A DNA stretch of 64,000 bases, taken from positions 16,678 through 80,677 of the forward strand of contig CATXLW010000008.1 of assembly GCA_958371715.1 (NCBI GenBank), written 5' to 3'. Origin of the DNA: an uncultured Collinsella sp. (GTDB lineage Bacteria > Actinomycetota > Coriobacteriia > Coriobacteriales > Coriobacteriaceae). The translations under genes were made by a program, and so were the position numbers. The notes beneath the pieces are model-generated. The model was not told the DNA's origin, made no database searches, and saw only the letters and a list, made by a program, of their open reading frames with translations. Positions 35,464 to 44,237 of this stretch are shown in pieces (positions within the stretch are counted from its first letter, which is position 1; every line of letters begins with the position of its first letter).

Positions 35464-35925
35464 ATGATCGAAACCAAAACTGTCAGCGTGAAGCTCGACT
35501 CAAAGCTCTTTACCGCCCTCAAAACACGGGCAGAGCTCAACGATTCCAACGTCAGCGGCGAGATCCGCTCGCTCCTGCGCTCGGCGCTCGCCGCGGAGGG
35601 GCTCGACCTCTACGGCAACGAGGTCGCGGGCTTCATCCGCGGCGTCGTCGACGCGCGCATGGACGTCGCCGCACTCGACATCGAGCGCAAGCTCGACGCC
35701 ACCGAGGACCGCATCGCCGCGGTCCTCTCGCGCCCCATGACCGCCGCCATCATGGCCGGCCTCATGTCGGCCGACGTCCTCAAGGCCTCCTACGCCTCGC
35801 TCGACGATGTCCCCGTCGCGGACATCTGGAAGAACTACCTCGCGCAGGCCGGCGAGCTCAGCCGCGCCGGCCTCGGCCGAATCGAAGAGGTGAGGCTCCA
35901 CGCGCGCGAGCGCGCCGATGGCTAG
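35464..35925 (+). CDS. Ribbon-helix-helix relaxosome accessory protein (MobC/CopG-like)
   Basis: MIETKTVSVKLDSKLFTALKTRAELNDSNVSGEIRSLLRSAL is a typical RHH N-terminus. GAGGA RBS. It overlaps the relaxase start by 8 nt. Confidence 0.65.
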   Translation: MIETKTVSVKLDSKLFTALKTRAELNDSNVSGEIRSLLRSALAAEGLDLYGNEVAGFIRGVVDARMDVAALDIERKLDATEDRIAAVLSRPMTAAIMAGLMSADVLKASYASLDDVPVADIWKNYLAQAGELSRAGLGRIEEVRLHARERADG

Positions 35926-37270
35926 CCCGCCCGTCATCGTCAACCACTCCGTCGTCCGCGCGGGGACGCCTGCGAGGGCGACCGCCGCGGGCCTGGCGGC
36001 ATACGCCGGCACCCGCCGCGGCGTCGTCATCGAGGTCGGCGAGGCGGACGGCAGGAGGCTCGGCGTCGACGGCCTGGCCGTCTACGCCGCGAACAGGACC
36101 GGCTCGACCGGCGGCCTCTGGGGCGCGGACGGCCCGGTCGCCGTGGCGGAGGCCAGGCGCGCCATCGCCCAAAACGGCGGCGCGGTGCTCACCACCGTCG
36201 TCACGGTCCCGAACGACATCGCCCCAGACGCCGGCCTCGACCGCCTGGACACCTGGCAGGCACTTGTGCGGTCCGAGTGGCCGAGACTCTTCTCCGAGAT
36301 GACCGGCGTGCCCGAGAGCCGCGTGGAGTTCTACGCTGCGATGCATATCAACGCCACGAGCCACCACGTCCATATCCTCACGGTAGACCGCGCGGGCGAC
36401 TGGGACTCCCTGCTGCCCAAGGGGAAGATGGAGGCGGCGCGGCTCGAAATCTCCTCGAAGGCCATGGCGCCCCTCCTGCGGGAGGTCCGCATTGAGCGCG
36501 ACCGCGCGAGGGAGGCCGCGCTGGACGCCGTCGCCCGCATCGACCGGAACCGTTTCGATATCGAGCTGCCGTCGGACGGAAGGATCGAGGCCGCCCACCT
36601 CAGGCGTTTCCACCCGGAGGCCTCCGCCGCACTGAGGGAGGCCCTCGACCGGGCGGCATCCGACTCCCCCGCACTCGCCGGCGCGCTGGACCGCCACAGG
36701 AAGGCGGTCGAGAGATGCGCCGACCTCAAGTGCCTGACCGGGGACACAAGAGATGCCTATATCCGCGCCGCCGCCGGAGATCTCGACACCCGCTGCGAAA
36801 ACGCCGTGCTGCGCACCATGGTCCCGGACAGGGCCCCAGCACGCGAGCCGTTGCCGGCGCGGCGCGCCACTCCGGCAACCGGCCCCGCAGCGGAAAGGAA
36901 GCGAAAGGCCGGCCTCGAGACCGAAGCGCGAGCATGCATCCCGGCAAAACGCCTCGAGCACATTGCACGGAAACTCTCGCGGGGCGGCAGTATCGACGAC
37001 ACTGACCTCAGGGGGTGCCCGACGGCAGGTCGGTTCTTCCGGCAGACGCCGATGGCGCACCCGTTCATCGAAGCCGCATCCGCGGCGGGCTGGAGTATCG
37101 CCAGGGAAACGACGCGTGCTGGAAACCGAGACTTAGCTGACGATGCCGGCGAGAGGGCCGTCAGGGCAGCAGCCCTGACGATGTGGGCAGTTGCCCATAG
37201 CTTCGATGAACAGCCCGAAACACCGCCGATTGAAATCGCCAACAAGATAGAAAGGACGATCGCCCGATGA
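35918..37270 (+). CDS. Relaxase / mobilisation nuclease (MOBQ-like)
   Basis: N-terminal HSVVRAG..ARATAAGLAAYAGTRRG (candidate catalytic Tyr context) and the His-triad-like motif AAMHINATSHHVHIL. Followed by the coupling protein gene with an ATGA overlap. Confidence 0.7.
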   Translation: MASPPVIVNHSVVRAGTPARATAAGLAAYAGTRRGVVIEVGEADGRRLGVDGLAVYAANRTGSTGGLWGADGPVAVAEARRAIAQNGGAVLTTVVTVPNDIAPDAGLDRLDTWQALVRSEWPRLFSEMTGVPESRVEFYAAMHINATSHHVHILTVDRAGDWDSLLPKGKMEAARLEISSKAMAPLLREVRIERDRAREAALDAVARIDRNRFDIELPSDGRIEAAHLRRFHPEASAALREALDRAASDSPALAGALDRHRKAVERCADLKCLTGDTRDAYIRAAAGDLDTRCENAVLRTMVPDRAPAREPLPARRATPATGPAAERKRKAGLETEARACIPAKRLEHIARKLSRGGSIDDTDLRGCPTAGRFFRQTPMAHPFIEAASAAGWSIARETTRAGNRDLADDAGERAVRAAALTMWAVAHSFDEQPETPPIEIANKIERTIAR

Positions 37271-39228
37271 AACCAAAATCCTTCAACCGCGACATGCGGA
37301 AAGAGCTCTCCTGCACGCTTGCGGCATACGGCATCATGGCGGCGGCTGCCGACGTCGCGACCGTTAGCGCCTGGGACTACGTCACATGGTGGATTTGCTC
37401 AATTACGGCAGATTTATCGGCCTTGTTGCGCCTCCCCGACACGGCCGCCCCGCGCCCCGAGCCCTCCGCCATACTCAACCCGCCGCTAACCACGATAGCC
37501 AACGCAGCGGCGGACTGCAGACTAGGAACACTCATCGCTGCCGTCGTCGCCGTCACGGCGGGCATCCTCGCCCTCGGGTTCGCCTCCTGGGCATGCGCTT
37601 GGGCGAGGCTCCACGACGGGACGTTCGCCGGCGACCGCGCGCCCACGCGCACGCACGGGGACGCCTGGCTCGAGTCGAGGCCCTCCAGGGTCGCGAGGCG
37701 CTGCCCTCCCTGGGACGGGAAGGCCGCCGCGGAGGGGCTCGTGGCGGCCGGCTGCATCGGCGGCGGGATCGCGATGGTCCCCGCCGTCCACTGCCTCATA
37801 AGGGCGGGCAGCGGCGCGGGCAAGACGAGGAGGTCCCTCGCGATCAGCGTGGCCGCCGCGATCGACCGCAACGCCCACGGGATACCGACGTCCGTCATCG
37901 TCCACGACCCGAAGTCCGAGATCCGCGCATGGACCGAGCCGCTCGCCAGGAGGGCCGGGATGGAGGTCGTCGCCATCCGACTCGACGATCCCGTCAAGTC
38001 GGCGAGGTTCAACCCCCTCGACCGCGCCATCGCGGCGCTCGGGACCGAGGGCACCGCCGGTGCCGTGGCCGAGCTCCGCGAGCTGTCGTCCGCCATCGTG
38101 CCCGACGCCTTCTCCTCGGGCCAGAGGTTCTTCACGGACGCCAGCCGCAACCTGCTGACCGGCCTCTGCCTGCTCGCGATAGCGGACGGGCGGATCCCCG
38201 ACGGCGCGCGGAACCTCTCGACCGTGCTCGCGCTCCTGGAGCCCCGCGACGGGAAGAGCGTGGTCAAGTCGCTGGAGGAGCTCGCCGCGGACCTGCCGGC
38301 GGGAAACCCAGCGCGCCAGTTCCTCCTCGTCGCCTCGTCGAACGGCGGCGGGGGCGAGGCCCTCGTCTCCACCGCGCGCAACTACCTCATGTCCTTCTGC
38401 GACGACGACGTCAGCCGCATGCTCTGGGACGGCGAGGTCGACCTCGCATCGGTCGGTCGCAGGCCCACCATCCTCTACATCGCCAGCGCGACGGACCGCG
38501 GCGACCGCGGCGCGCTCGTCTCGTGCATCTTCTCCCAGGCGCTGTCGGCACTGCGCGAGACCGCGCGCCTGTCCGGCGGCAGGCTGCCGGCGGAGACCCT
38601 GCTCGCCATCGACGAGGGGTCCGGGATCCCCAAGATCCCCCGCCTCCTCGGCGACCTCGCCGAGGTCCGCAGCATCGGGCTGCACGTCGTCTTCGTGCTC
38701 CAGAACACCCATCTGCTCGAGGCGCGATGCGGTTACTCCAGGGCGGAGTCGGACGCGCTGCTGGCGCTGCTCGGCACCCAGGTCGTCCTCTCGGTAGAGT
38801 CCGTCGGCGAGGCGGAGGAGATCAGCAAGCGTCTCGGCGACTACAGCGTCAAGACGACCGGGCAGAGCTCCACCAAGGGGACGCAGAGCTCCTCGTCCGG
38901 CAAGTCGTTCTCCGTGGCGCGCCGGCCGCTGATCACCCCGTCGGAGCTCATGGCCTGGAGCGCGCGCGAGAACGGCGCGCTCGTGATCGACGCGGAGGGC
39001 CCGATGGCACTCGCCAGCCGCGACATCACCGAGACGTTCCTGGGGCCGCTGCTGGGCCTGACGTCGCCGGAGGCCGAGGGCGCGCTGCTCGCGCGGGCGC
39101 TCGAGGGGGAGGTCCGGAACACCTCCCCGGCACCGGTGTGGCGCATCCCGGAGAAGCCGAAAAAGCCCAAGGGGTCGCCGTCCGGCGGCAGGAAGCGCAA
39201 GGTATCCGCCGCGCCCGACGGGTTCTGA
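37267..39228 (+). CDS. Type IV secretion coupling protein (VirD4/TraG/TraD family)
   Basis: N-terminal TM helices, Walker A IRAGSGAGKTRR, Walker B LLAIDEGSGIPKIP and conserved VFVLQN. Confidence 0.85.
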   Translation: MKPKSFNRDMRKELSCTLAAYGIMAAAADVATVSAWDYVTWWICSITADLSALLRLPDTAAPRPEPSAILNPPLTTIANAAADCRLGTLIAAVVAVTAGILALGFASWACAWARLHDGTFAGDRAPTRTHGDAWLESRPSRVARRCPPWDGKAAAEGLVAAGCIGGGIAMVPAVHCLIRAGSGAGKTRRSLAISVAAAIDRNAHGIPTSVIVHDPKSEIRAWTEPLARRAGMEVVAIRLDDPVKSARFNPLDRAIAALGTEGTAGAVAELRELSSAIVPDAFSSGQRFFTDASRNLLTGLCLLAIADGRIPDGARNLSTVLALLEPRDGKSVVKSLEELAADLPAGNPARQFLLVASSNGGGGEALVSTARNYLMSFCDDDVSRMLWDGEVDLASVGRRPTILYIASATDRGDRGALVSCIFSQALSALRETARLSGGRLPAETLLAIDEGSGIPKIPRLLGDLAEVRSIGLHVVFVLQNTHLLEARCGYSRAESDALLALLGTQVVLSVESVGEAEEISKRLGDYSVKTTGQSSTKGTQSSSSGKSFSVARRPLITPSELMAWSARENGALVIDAEGPMALASRDITETFLGPLLGLTSPEAEGALLARALEGEVRNTSPAPVWRIPEKPKKPKGSPSGGRKRKVSAAPDGF

Positions 39229-39256
39229 TGCGTCATACGGCCCTGTCTGCGAAAAC

Positions 39257-39300
39257 GGCCCGCCGTCATACGGTGCGCGAGGCGCGTATGACGGCGGGCC
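39257..39300. terminator. 16-bp stem hairpin after the coupling-protein gene
   Basis: GGCCCGCCGTCATACG-(12 nt)-CGTATGACGGCGGGCC, preceded by a partial direct copy GCGTCATACGGCCC. No clear T-run, so a terminator and an oriT-like site are both possible. Confidence 0.35.
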
Positions 39301-39329
39301 GTGACCGCCTTCCGGGTTAACCGGCCACG

Positions 39330-39566
39330 CTACCAGCGGAAACGAACTCGGCACGCCGAGTTGCGCCGCAAAATCCCGGGCGCCCGTAGTGCGCCCTTAT
39401 CCTGCTCCTCATGATGGCGCACCTCGACCCAAAGGCCCTCCAACACGTCGTCGAACCCGAAATCGAGCTCCGCCTGGACGCTCTCGCCGAGCGCATCGCC
39501 CAGGGCGAGCTCCGGCACTTTCGTCACACGGCCGTCCAGCCACTCAATCTCTGTCATCGCGCGCAT
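39330..39566 (-). CDS. Hypothetical small protein
   Basis: The ORF is 39330-39587; I prefer the MRAMTEIEWLDG start. Acidic, with no recognisable family, so coding status is uncertain. Confidence 0.3.
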   Translation of the reverse strand: MRAMTEIEWLDGRVTKVPELALGDALGESVQAELDFGFDDVLEGLWVEVRHHEEQDKGALRAPGILRRNSACRVRFRW

Positions 39567-40066
39567 GGTGCAAGCCCCTTCCGACACGGGATTGTCAGCT
39601 CAACCCGACCCTTACCCATACGGACGAACATAACTCGCCAGGGGAAGCCCCTGAAGGCCGTGCGCCACAACATGAGGCCGAATCCGCCCCCGGCTGGACA
39701 GGCCAACAACGAAGGCGCACACGGAACCGGCGCGGCGTTACAACCGTCCCGGCAAGCGTGTCACTTGGCCAAGTCATGATGCCGACAAACCCGGAAATGC
39801 TCCAACGGAGCGCCGAACGAGCGTAACAATATAAAGCCGTGCAACACGCGTTGGACGACCAGAACAACCCAAACAAAGGCCTGTCGGTCCCACCTTCAAG
39901 CCCAATAGCAAAATGTGCATCAGCGGATTTGCAGCGATACAAGTCTCAACCGTCACCATCACACCGCAGCGCGCCTAGTCCCACTCATCCTACTGCAAAT
40001 GTCCCAGAACGAGAAAACGACCAGCTTAACATGCCACCCTTTATATCCGCACGCGCGTAATTCAAC

Positions 40067-40720
40067 TCATAAGGACCGGCTATCCCTTACCTGTGACACG
40101 ATCTCAAACGCACAGAACAGAATCATCAGTCCAATCATCGCATAAGAGGCAGCCGAACCTTCAAGCACTATTCCACAAAGAACAATCTCCGCGCCGCCAA
40201 TAAGAACTGTTATCAGGCGCTCTGCCTTTTTGCTCTCGCCGCTCGCATAAAAAGGCGGCAAGGCGCACAAGATCACATATAGCCCGGGAAGGGAATACAG
40301 GATCGATAGTCCAAGCCCCCCATCAACCGCAGTGTTTTGCGCAAGAATCAACTGAACCCAAACGGCAATTATCACTGAGCAGGTTGTCGATAAAAGAAGG
40401 CTAGAAATATAGCACGCAACAAAGTCCCGTCGCATTCGAACAGAGAAATCCGCGAACTCTCTTCGCCGCGTGGAAACAATAAGGTACACAGAAATTGCAA
40501 TAGAACCAATCAGAGAAAACAGCGGAACAACCAGCAATTCAAGCTTATTACCCCATCGATCAACCACACCACCACTCCAATGAGCGGGAATTGTATCAGG
40601 GAGGACTGACCAAGCCGCCCATAGAATCAGAAATGGAAGAATAGAGAGGATGAAAGATGATAACACTGCAGTAGTTTTTTTTGAGGCTCTCATCGATTCC
40701 GCATCTCCTTGCGCGCTCAC
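40067..40720 (-). CDS. DUF1648/SdpI-like polytopic membrane protein (immunity-protein family)
   Basis: The motif LPDTIPAHWSGGVVDRWGNK after the first TM helix is the DUF1648 signature. Five or six further TM helices follow. It lies in a conspicuously AT-rich islet. Confidence 0.6.
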   Translation of the reverse strand: MSAQGDAESMRASKKTTAVLSSFILSILPFLILWAAWSVLPDTIPAHWSGGVVDRWGNKLELLVVPLFSLIGSIAISVYLIVSTRRREFADFSVRMRRDFVACYISSLLLSTTCSVIIAVWVQLILAQNTAVDGGLGLSILYSLPGLYVILCALPPFYASGESKKAERLITVLIGGAEIVLCGIVLEGSAASYAMIGLMILFCAFEIVSQVRDSRSL

Positions 40721-40794
40721 ATTCCACTCCGCCTTAAATCAAGTATAAATACACAGTCTTTCAAGACAGCTATTCAACATTGGTGGTCACCGCT

Positions 40795-41280
40795 ATGGAC
40801 AATGTGAACCACCTAAACGAACTCTCAATACAGTCCCAGCTTAGCACCCTTGAAAAACTGGTCGCGGACGCGGAACAATCTACCGACGCAAGACGCGATT
40901 TCGAAGCTCAGCCTCGTGCCGTATTCCAGAAATATGGATTACAGACCTCCAAATCAAAGCGAGAAATCGAAAAGTCTCTGTACGAACTGGTGGAGTCAAC
41001 CGAAAAGGAGGCGCGTGTCCCCGTTGCACGCGCAGCATATCGTCGTATCCAGCTCCCACCGTCCAAGGCCCTTGGACGGTGGGAGTTCCGCATCCCCGGG
41101 AAAGGAAAAGCGCGGCCCATCCGGACCGCGCCCGCGCCCTCCTCCCATTTCACCCCGCGACGTAAACCGTCCGGCCCGTCTCGCAGTCGATGGTCTCGGC
41201 ATCCCCGAACCCGACCCGGACGGCCGCCCATCCGCCGGCATTCGCCAGCGCGTCGGCCTCGGACCTCGCGGCGGCGATGA
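40795..41280 (+). CDS. Uncertain small ORF divergent from the SdpI-like gene; only the first ~75 codons look coding
   Basis: MDNVNHLNELSIQSQLSTLEKLVADAEQSTDARRDFEAQPRAVFQKYGLQTS... has normal composition. After about 41010 the frame becomes Arg/Pro-rich, crosses a strong hairpin and overlaps the 3' end of 41150-41746, so the true end is unknown. Confidence 0.25.
   Translation: MDNVNHLNELSIQSQLSTLEKLVADAEQSTDARRDFEAQPRAVFQKYGLQTSKSKREIEKSLYELVESTEKEARVPVARAAYRRIQLPPSKALGRWEFRIPGKGKARPIRTAPAPSSHFTPRRKPSGPSRSRWSRHPRTRPGRPPIRRHSPARRPRTSRRR
41053..41085. terminator. 14-bp perfect stem-loop between convergent genes
   Basis: CTCCCACCGTCCAA-GGCCC-TTGGACGGTGGGAG. Only a weak T-run follows. Confidence 0.4.
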
Positions 41281-41746
41281 GTCGCTCGAGCTCGGCCGAC
41301 CCGGCCGGCGCGGTCCCCACCTCGAACGCGCCGCCGTCGCCGCCCGACTCGTACTCGACGACGACTGTCGAGCCGAGAGCCTCCTCGAGGGTCTCGGGCA
41401 GGCCGCCCATGCCGTCGAGAGCGTGCCCGGCGACCGTGACAAGCGGGTAGCGGGCCATCCCGGACGCCGCCGAGCGACCGGCCATGCGGAGCAAGCCGGC
41501 GGCCTCGAGCGCCTCGAGGAGCGCCGCGGGCACGTCGGCGTCGATGGCGATGTTGCCGCGTCCGCGGCACCACTCGGCCGCCGCCGGCACGTTCGCCGTG
41601 AGCACGCCCCACTCGGCCATGTAGCCCTCGGAGCGCGGGTCCGTGGCGTCGAGGAGGAGGACGGCCAGGCCGCCGCCCGCGTACTCCCCGGCCACGAGGG
41701 CGAGGCGGACCGCCTCACCCATGGAGTCGAACTCGACCGTGACCAT
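41150..41746 (-). CDS. DUF4313-like protein (conjugative-element leading region)
   Basis: N-terminal pattern VRLALVAGEYAGGGLAVLLLDA...WGVLTANVP...NIAIDADVP...SGMARYPLVTV matches the DUF4313 layout as I remember it. Confidence 0.5.
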   Translation of the reverse strand: MVTVEFDSMGEAVRLALVAGEYAGGGLAVLLLDATDPRSEGYMAEWGVLTANVPAAAEWCRGRGNIAIDADVPAALLEALEAAGLLRMAGRSAASGMARYPLVTVAGHALDGMGGLPETLEEALGSTVVVEYESGGDGGAFEVGTAPAGSAELERLIAAARSEADALANAGGWAAVRVGFGDAETIDCETGRTVYVAG

Positions 41747-41750
41747 GCGG

Positions 41751-42050
41751 CTACCTCCTCCTGACGGCGCTGAGCGGCTTCGGGGAGAAGTGCTCGTCGC
41801 GCTCGACGGCAGCGAACCCCATCTGGCGGTTCAGCTCGGCCATCTCCTTGATGCTGAAGTAGCCGAGCTCGTCGTCGTAGCCCTCGACGAGGCCGAACGC
41901 CTCGTCCGTTCCGTCGAACTCGAGCAGCCACCAGTCCCATCCGTTCACGCACGAGAAGTAGTGGGCGTAGACCGTGGGGTCCTCCGCCCCGTCCTGCTCG
42001 TAGAGCCTCGGCACCGTCTTGGCGATTTCCTCGGTCATCAGCTGCTGCAT
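41751..42050 (-). CDS. DUF2958-like protein
   Basis: MQQLMTEEIAKTVPRLYEQDGAEDPTVYAHYFSCVNGWDWWLLEFDG..AFGLVEGYDDELGYFSIKEM...ERDEHFSPKPL. GGAGGAAG RBS. The ORF track start at 42236 is an Arg-rich extension. Confidence 0.6.
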   Translation of the reverse strand: MQQLMTEEIAKTVPRLYEQDGAEDPTVYAHYFSCVNGWDWWLLEFDGTDEAFGLVEGYDDELGYFSIKEMAELNRQMGFAAVERDEHFSPKPLSAVRRR

Positions 42051-42368
42051 GTCTTCCTCCGTTCCGGGCACGTGGCCCTCAACATCTCGCCCCTGCGGGC
42101 AAAGCCGAATGGCGACGCCGCGCGTCGTCGTCGGCTTTGCTCCCTGCAGAGCCGCACCGGAGCGAAGGCGGGTCAAGGGAGGTCCATGACGACCTCCACC
42201 AACCGGAGCGGAGCGGAGGTTTGTGCGGGATCTCATGGGCCCCCTTGACGCGGCGTAGCGGAGGTGCCACCCGGCCGCGGAGCCGTGGCCGATTCACGGC
42301 GGACGCCGGCAGCCCGCGTCCAACATCGATACCATCTGAACCGCTATTCACTTTTCGAGAGGAGCCAT

Positions 42369-42563
42369 ATGGAACTCGAGAATATCGTCTACGAGCTCGC
42401 CTGCCTTCATGAGTCGATGCTCTTTTGCTGCGAAGACCGGTCCGGCAGGGAGGACCCGGTCTTCGCGCATTACTGCATGGCGCTGGGAAGGATTGTCAGG
42501 GACCTCGAAGAGGCCGAGCGGCGTATCCGGGCCGAAACGGCCGACGCCGAATCCCGTCAATAG
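42369..42563 (+). CDS. Hypothetical 64-aa protein
   Basis: GAGAGGAG RBS before the ATG at 42369, and it ends at a bidirectional terminator. No family recognised. Confidence 0.4.
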   Translation: MELENIVYELACLHESMLFCCEDRSGREDPVFAHYCMALGRIVRDLEEAERRIRAETADAESRQ

Positions 42564-42595
42564 AAAACGCCCGGCATTTACTGCCGGGGCGTTTT
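42564..42595. terminator. Bidirectional terminator between convergent stops
   Basis: AAAACGCCCGGCA-TTTAC-TGCCGGGGCGTTTT sits exactly between the stop codons at 42561-42563 and 42596-42598. Confidence 0.75.
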
Positions 42596-43528
42596 CTAGA
42601 GCTCGATCTCCGCGATTATTTTTTTCATCTCGAGGGCCCATCCGAGCTGTTCCTCGATGTACCCCGGCCATGCGTCCTGGTGGCCCTTGATGGGGTGGCC
42701 CGCCTTGTAGAAGCGCAGTCCCGAGGCCTTTTTCGCATCGAAGGGTGCCGCCGTCAGCCCGAGGTGCCCCTCGAAGATCCCGCTGTTGGCGATGGCGCGA
42801 TGCCCGATCTCCTTGTCGTCGTCCACGTACAGCTCGATGCCCGTGCGGCCCTTTTGCGTATCGATGAGCAGGGCGAGATGGTATGCCGAGACCCCCAGGC
42901 GAAGCGTCGACCAATGGTCCTTGCTGGGCTTCTGCGGGCTGAACTCCTTGAGGAACTCCGGATGGCCGCCCGCCACATCGCGGTAGGCCGTCCAGTACGC
43001 CAGCTTGACCTTTTCGGTCTCGCTGAGCCCCTCGGAGAGCTTCACGGTCTTGGTCCACTCGTTCGGCTGCTCGACCACGCCGAAGCGCGGGGCGGGCAGG
43101 GAGTCCCCGATCTTCCAGAGCTCGACCTCGACCAGGAAGAACCCGAAGTCGCTGTCGGTGTGCTGGTTGAGCCACTCGATGGCCTGGCGGTGCTCGTCGC
43201 GGGCGCGCGCCACGACCCAGATGACGACCTCGGCGCCCTTGCCGGCGGCGTACGTGATCACCTTGCCGAGATGGTCGTGGTTGGTGTCCTCGAGCTGGTT
43301 CTCGATGATCACCTTGCGGCCCGTACCGGACTCCTGCGCGTAGATGTCCACGTTGAACGATCCGACCGAGGACTCCGTCTCTATGAGCTCGAGCTCGATT
43401 CCGACCGCCGTCCCGAGGGTTGCGAGGTTCTGCTCCTCGGCCAGCCACTTGGTGAAGTCGTGGGCCTCATGCGGCCACACCTCGCGCAGGGGGACCTTCT
43501 GGATGGTGTCCAGGTTATAGGTCTTCAT
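42596..43528 (-). CDS. PD-(D/E)xK-like nuclease N-domain + DUF4268-like C-domain protein
   Basis: MKTYNLDTIQKVPLREVWPHEAHDFTKWL...VDIYAQE...KVIIENQLEDTNHDHLGKVITYAAG is the characteristic N-terminal nuclease-fold motif set of DUF4268 proteins. The start overlaps the upstream gene by 14 nt. Confidence 0.6.
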   Translation of the reverse strand: MKTYNLDTIQKVPLREVWPHEAHDFTKWLAEEQNLATLGTAVGIELELIETESSVGSFNVDIYAQESGTGRKVIIENQLEDTNHDHLGKVITYAAGKGAEVVIWVVARARDEHRQAIEWLNQHTDSDFGFFLVEVELWKIGDSLPAPRFGVVEQPNEWTKTVKLSEGLSETEKVKLAYWTAYRDVAGGHPEFLKEFSPQKPSKDHWSTLRLGVSAYHLALLIDTQKGRTGIELYVDDDKEIGHRAIANSGIFEGHLGLTAAPFDAKKASGLRFYKAGHPIKGHQDAWPGYIEEQLGWALEMKKIIAEIEL

Positions 43529-44222
43529 CCGCCGCCCTCTCGACCGATAATCCAGTGCCGTTGTAGAGCCTCTCGCCGTCAAACGAACGCAGCAGGAGCC
43601 CACGACGTTCGTCGACGTCCTTCAGCTCGCACGGATACACGAATAGCAAAATGTTTTGCCGGTACTTGTAGTCAGCGTAGACATCCGGATCGCCCGATCG
43701 CGTAGGTATGGACGCGATATCGTCCGCCATACGCTCACTTGACCCCACGTATATTCCGAGATAGTCGCTGAACTTCTTATCGTGGTCATGCCTGCGGTAT
43801 GTCGCGATGAGATAGCAGCCGGGCATATCGTAGCCGTTGAACGCAGCTTCGGAGGCTTTGACCTGCTGGCAGATGAACTCGTGCAGGGGCATCACCGTCG
43901 ACGCGCCTTCAAATATTGATTGCCTGGCGTCATCGATCTTCTTGCGAGCCTCCGCGGCGGCCCTTGAGTCCTGGAACGCCTTCGTGGCATCCCCCAACGC
44001 GCCGGCTGCCGCGCCGACGCCTTCCGCCGCCGCACCAAATCCCTTGCCGATGCCGTCGGCAACAGCACGCGCGCCGTTGGTTGCCCCGTCGGCAGCGCTT
44101 TTCACGGCTCCATCGACATCGAAACCGAGCTGCTTTGCCCCATCGACAACCCCGGCGGCGGCGGCCAAAACCCCCGCTGCAAGATTCACCGTGTCTTTTA
44201 CGGTTTTCAAATTGACGGCCAT
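43515..44222 (-). CDS. Two-part protein: Ala/Gly-rich amphipathic (glycine-zipper-like) N-half + possible GIY-YIG-like C-half
   Basis: The N-half (aa 1-105) is GVLAAAAGVVDGAKQLG...GIGKGFGAAAEGVGAAAGALG. The C-half has GCYLIATY...YLGIYVGSSERM...N...E, spaced loosely like GIY-(x)n-YIG-R-N-E. Confidence 0.45.
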   Translation of the reverse strand: MAVNLKTVKDTVNLAAGVLAAAAGVVDGAKQLGFDVDGAVKSAADGATNGARAVADGIGKGFGAAAEGVGAAAGALGDATKAFQDSRAAAEARKKIDDARQSIFEGASTVMPLHEFICQQVKASEAAFNGYDMPGCYLIATYRRHDHDKKFSDYLGIYVGSSERMADDIASIPTRSGDPDVYADYKYRQNILLFVYPCELKDVDERRGLLLRSFDGERLYNGTGLSVERAADEDL

Positions 44223-44237
44223 ATCGAGCCTTCCCTT

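Noticed and set aside
37386-39354. Two >600-aa ORFs (+ 37386-39320 and - 37522-39354) overlapping the coupling-protein gene
   Set aside because: Both are extremely Arg/Pro/Gly-rich. The 37267-39228 frame carries the Walker A/B and T4CP motifs, so these are alternative-frame artefacts of GC-rich DNA.
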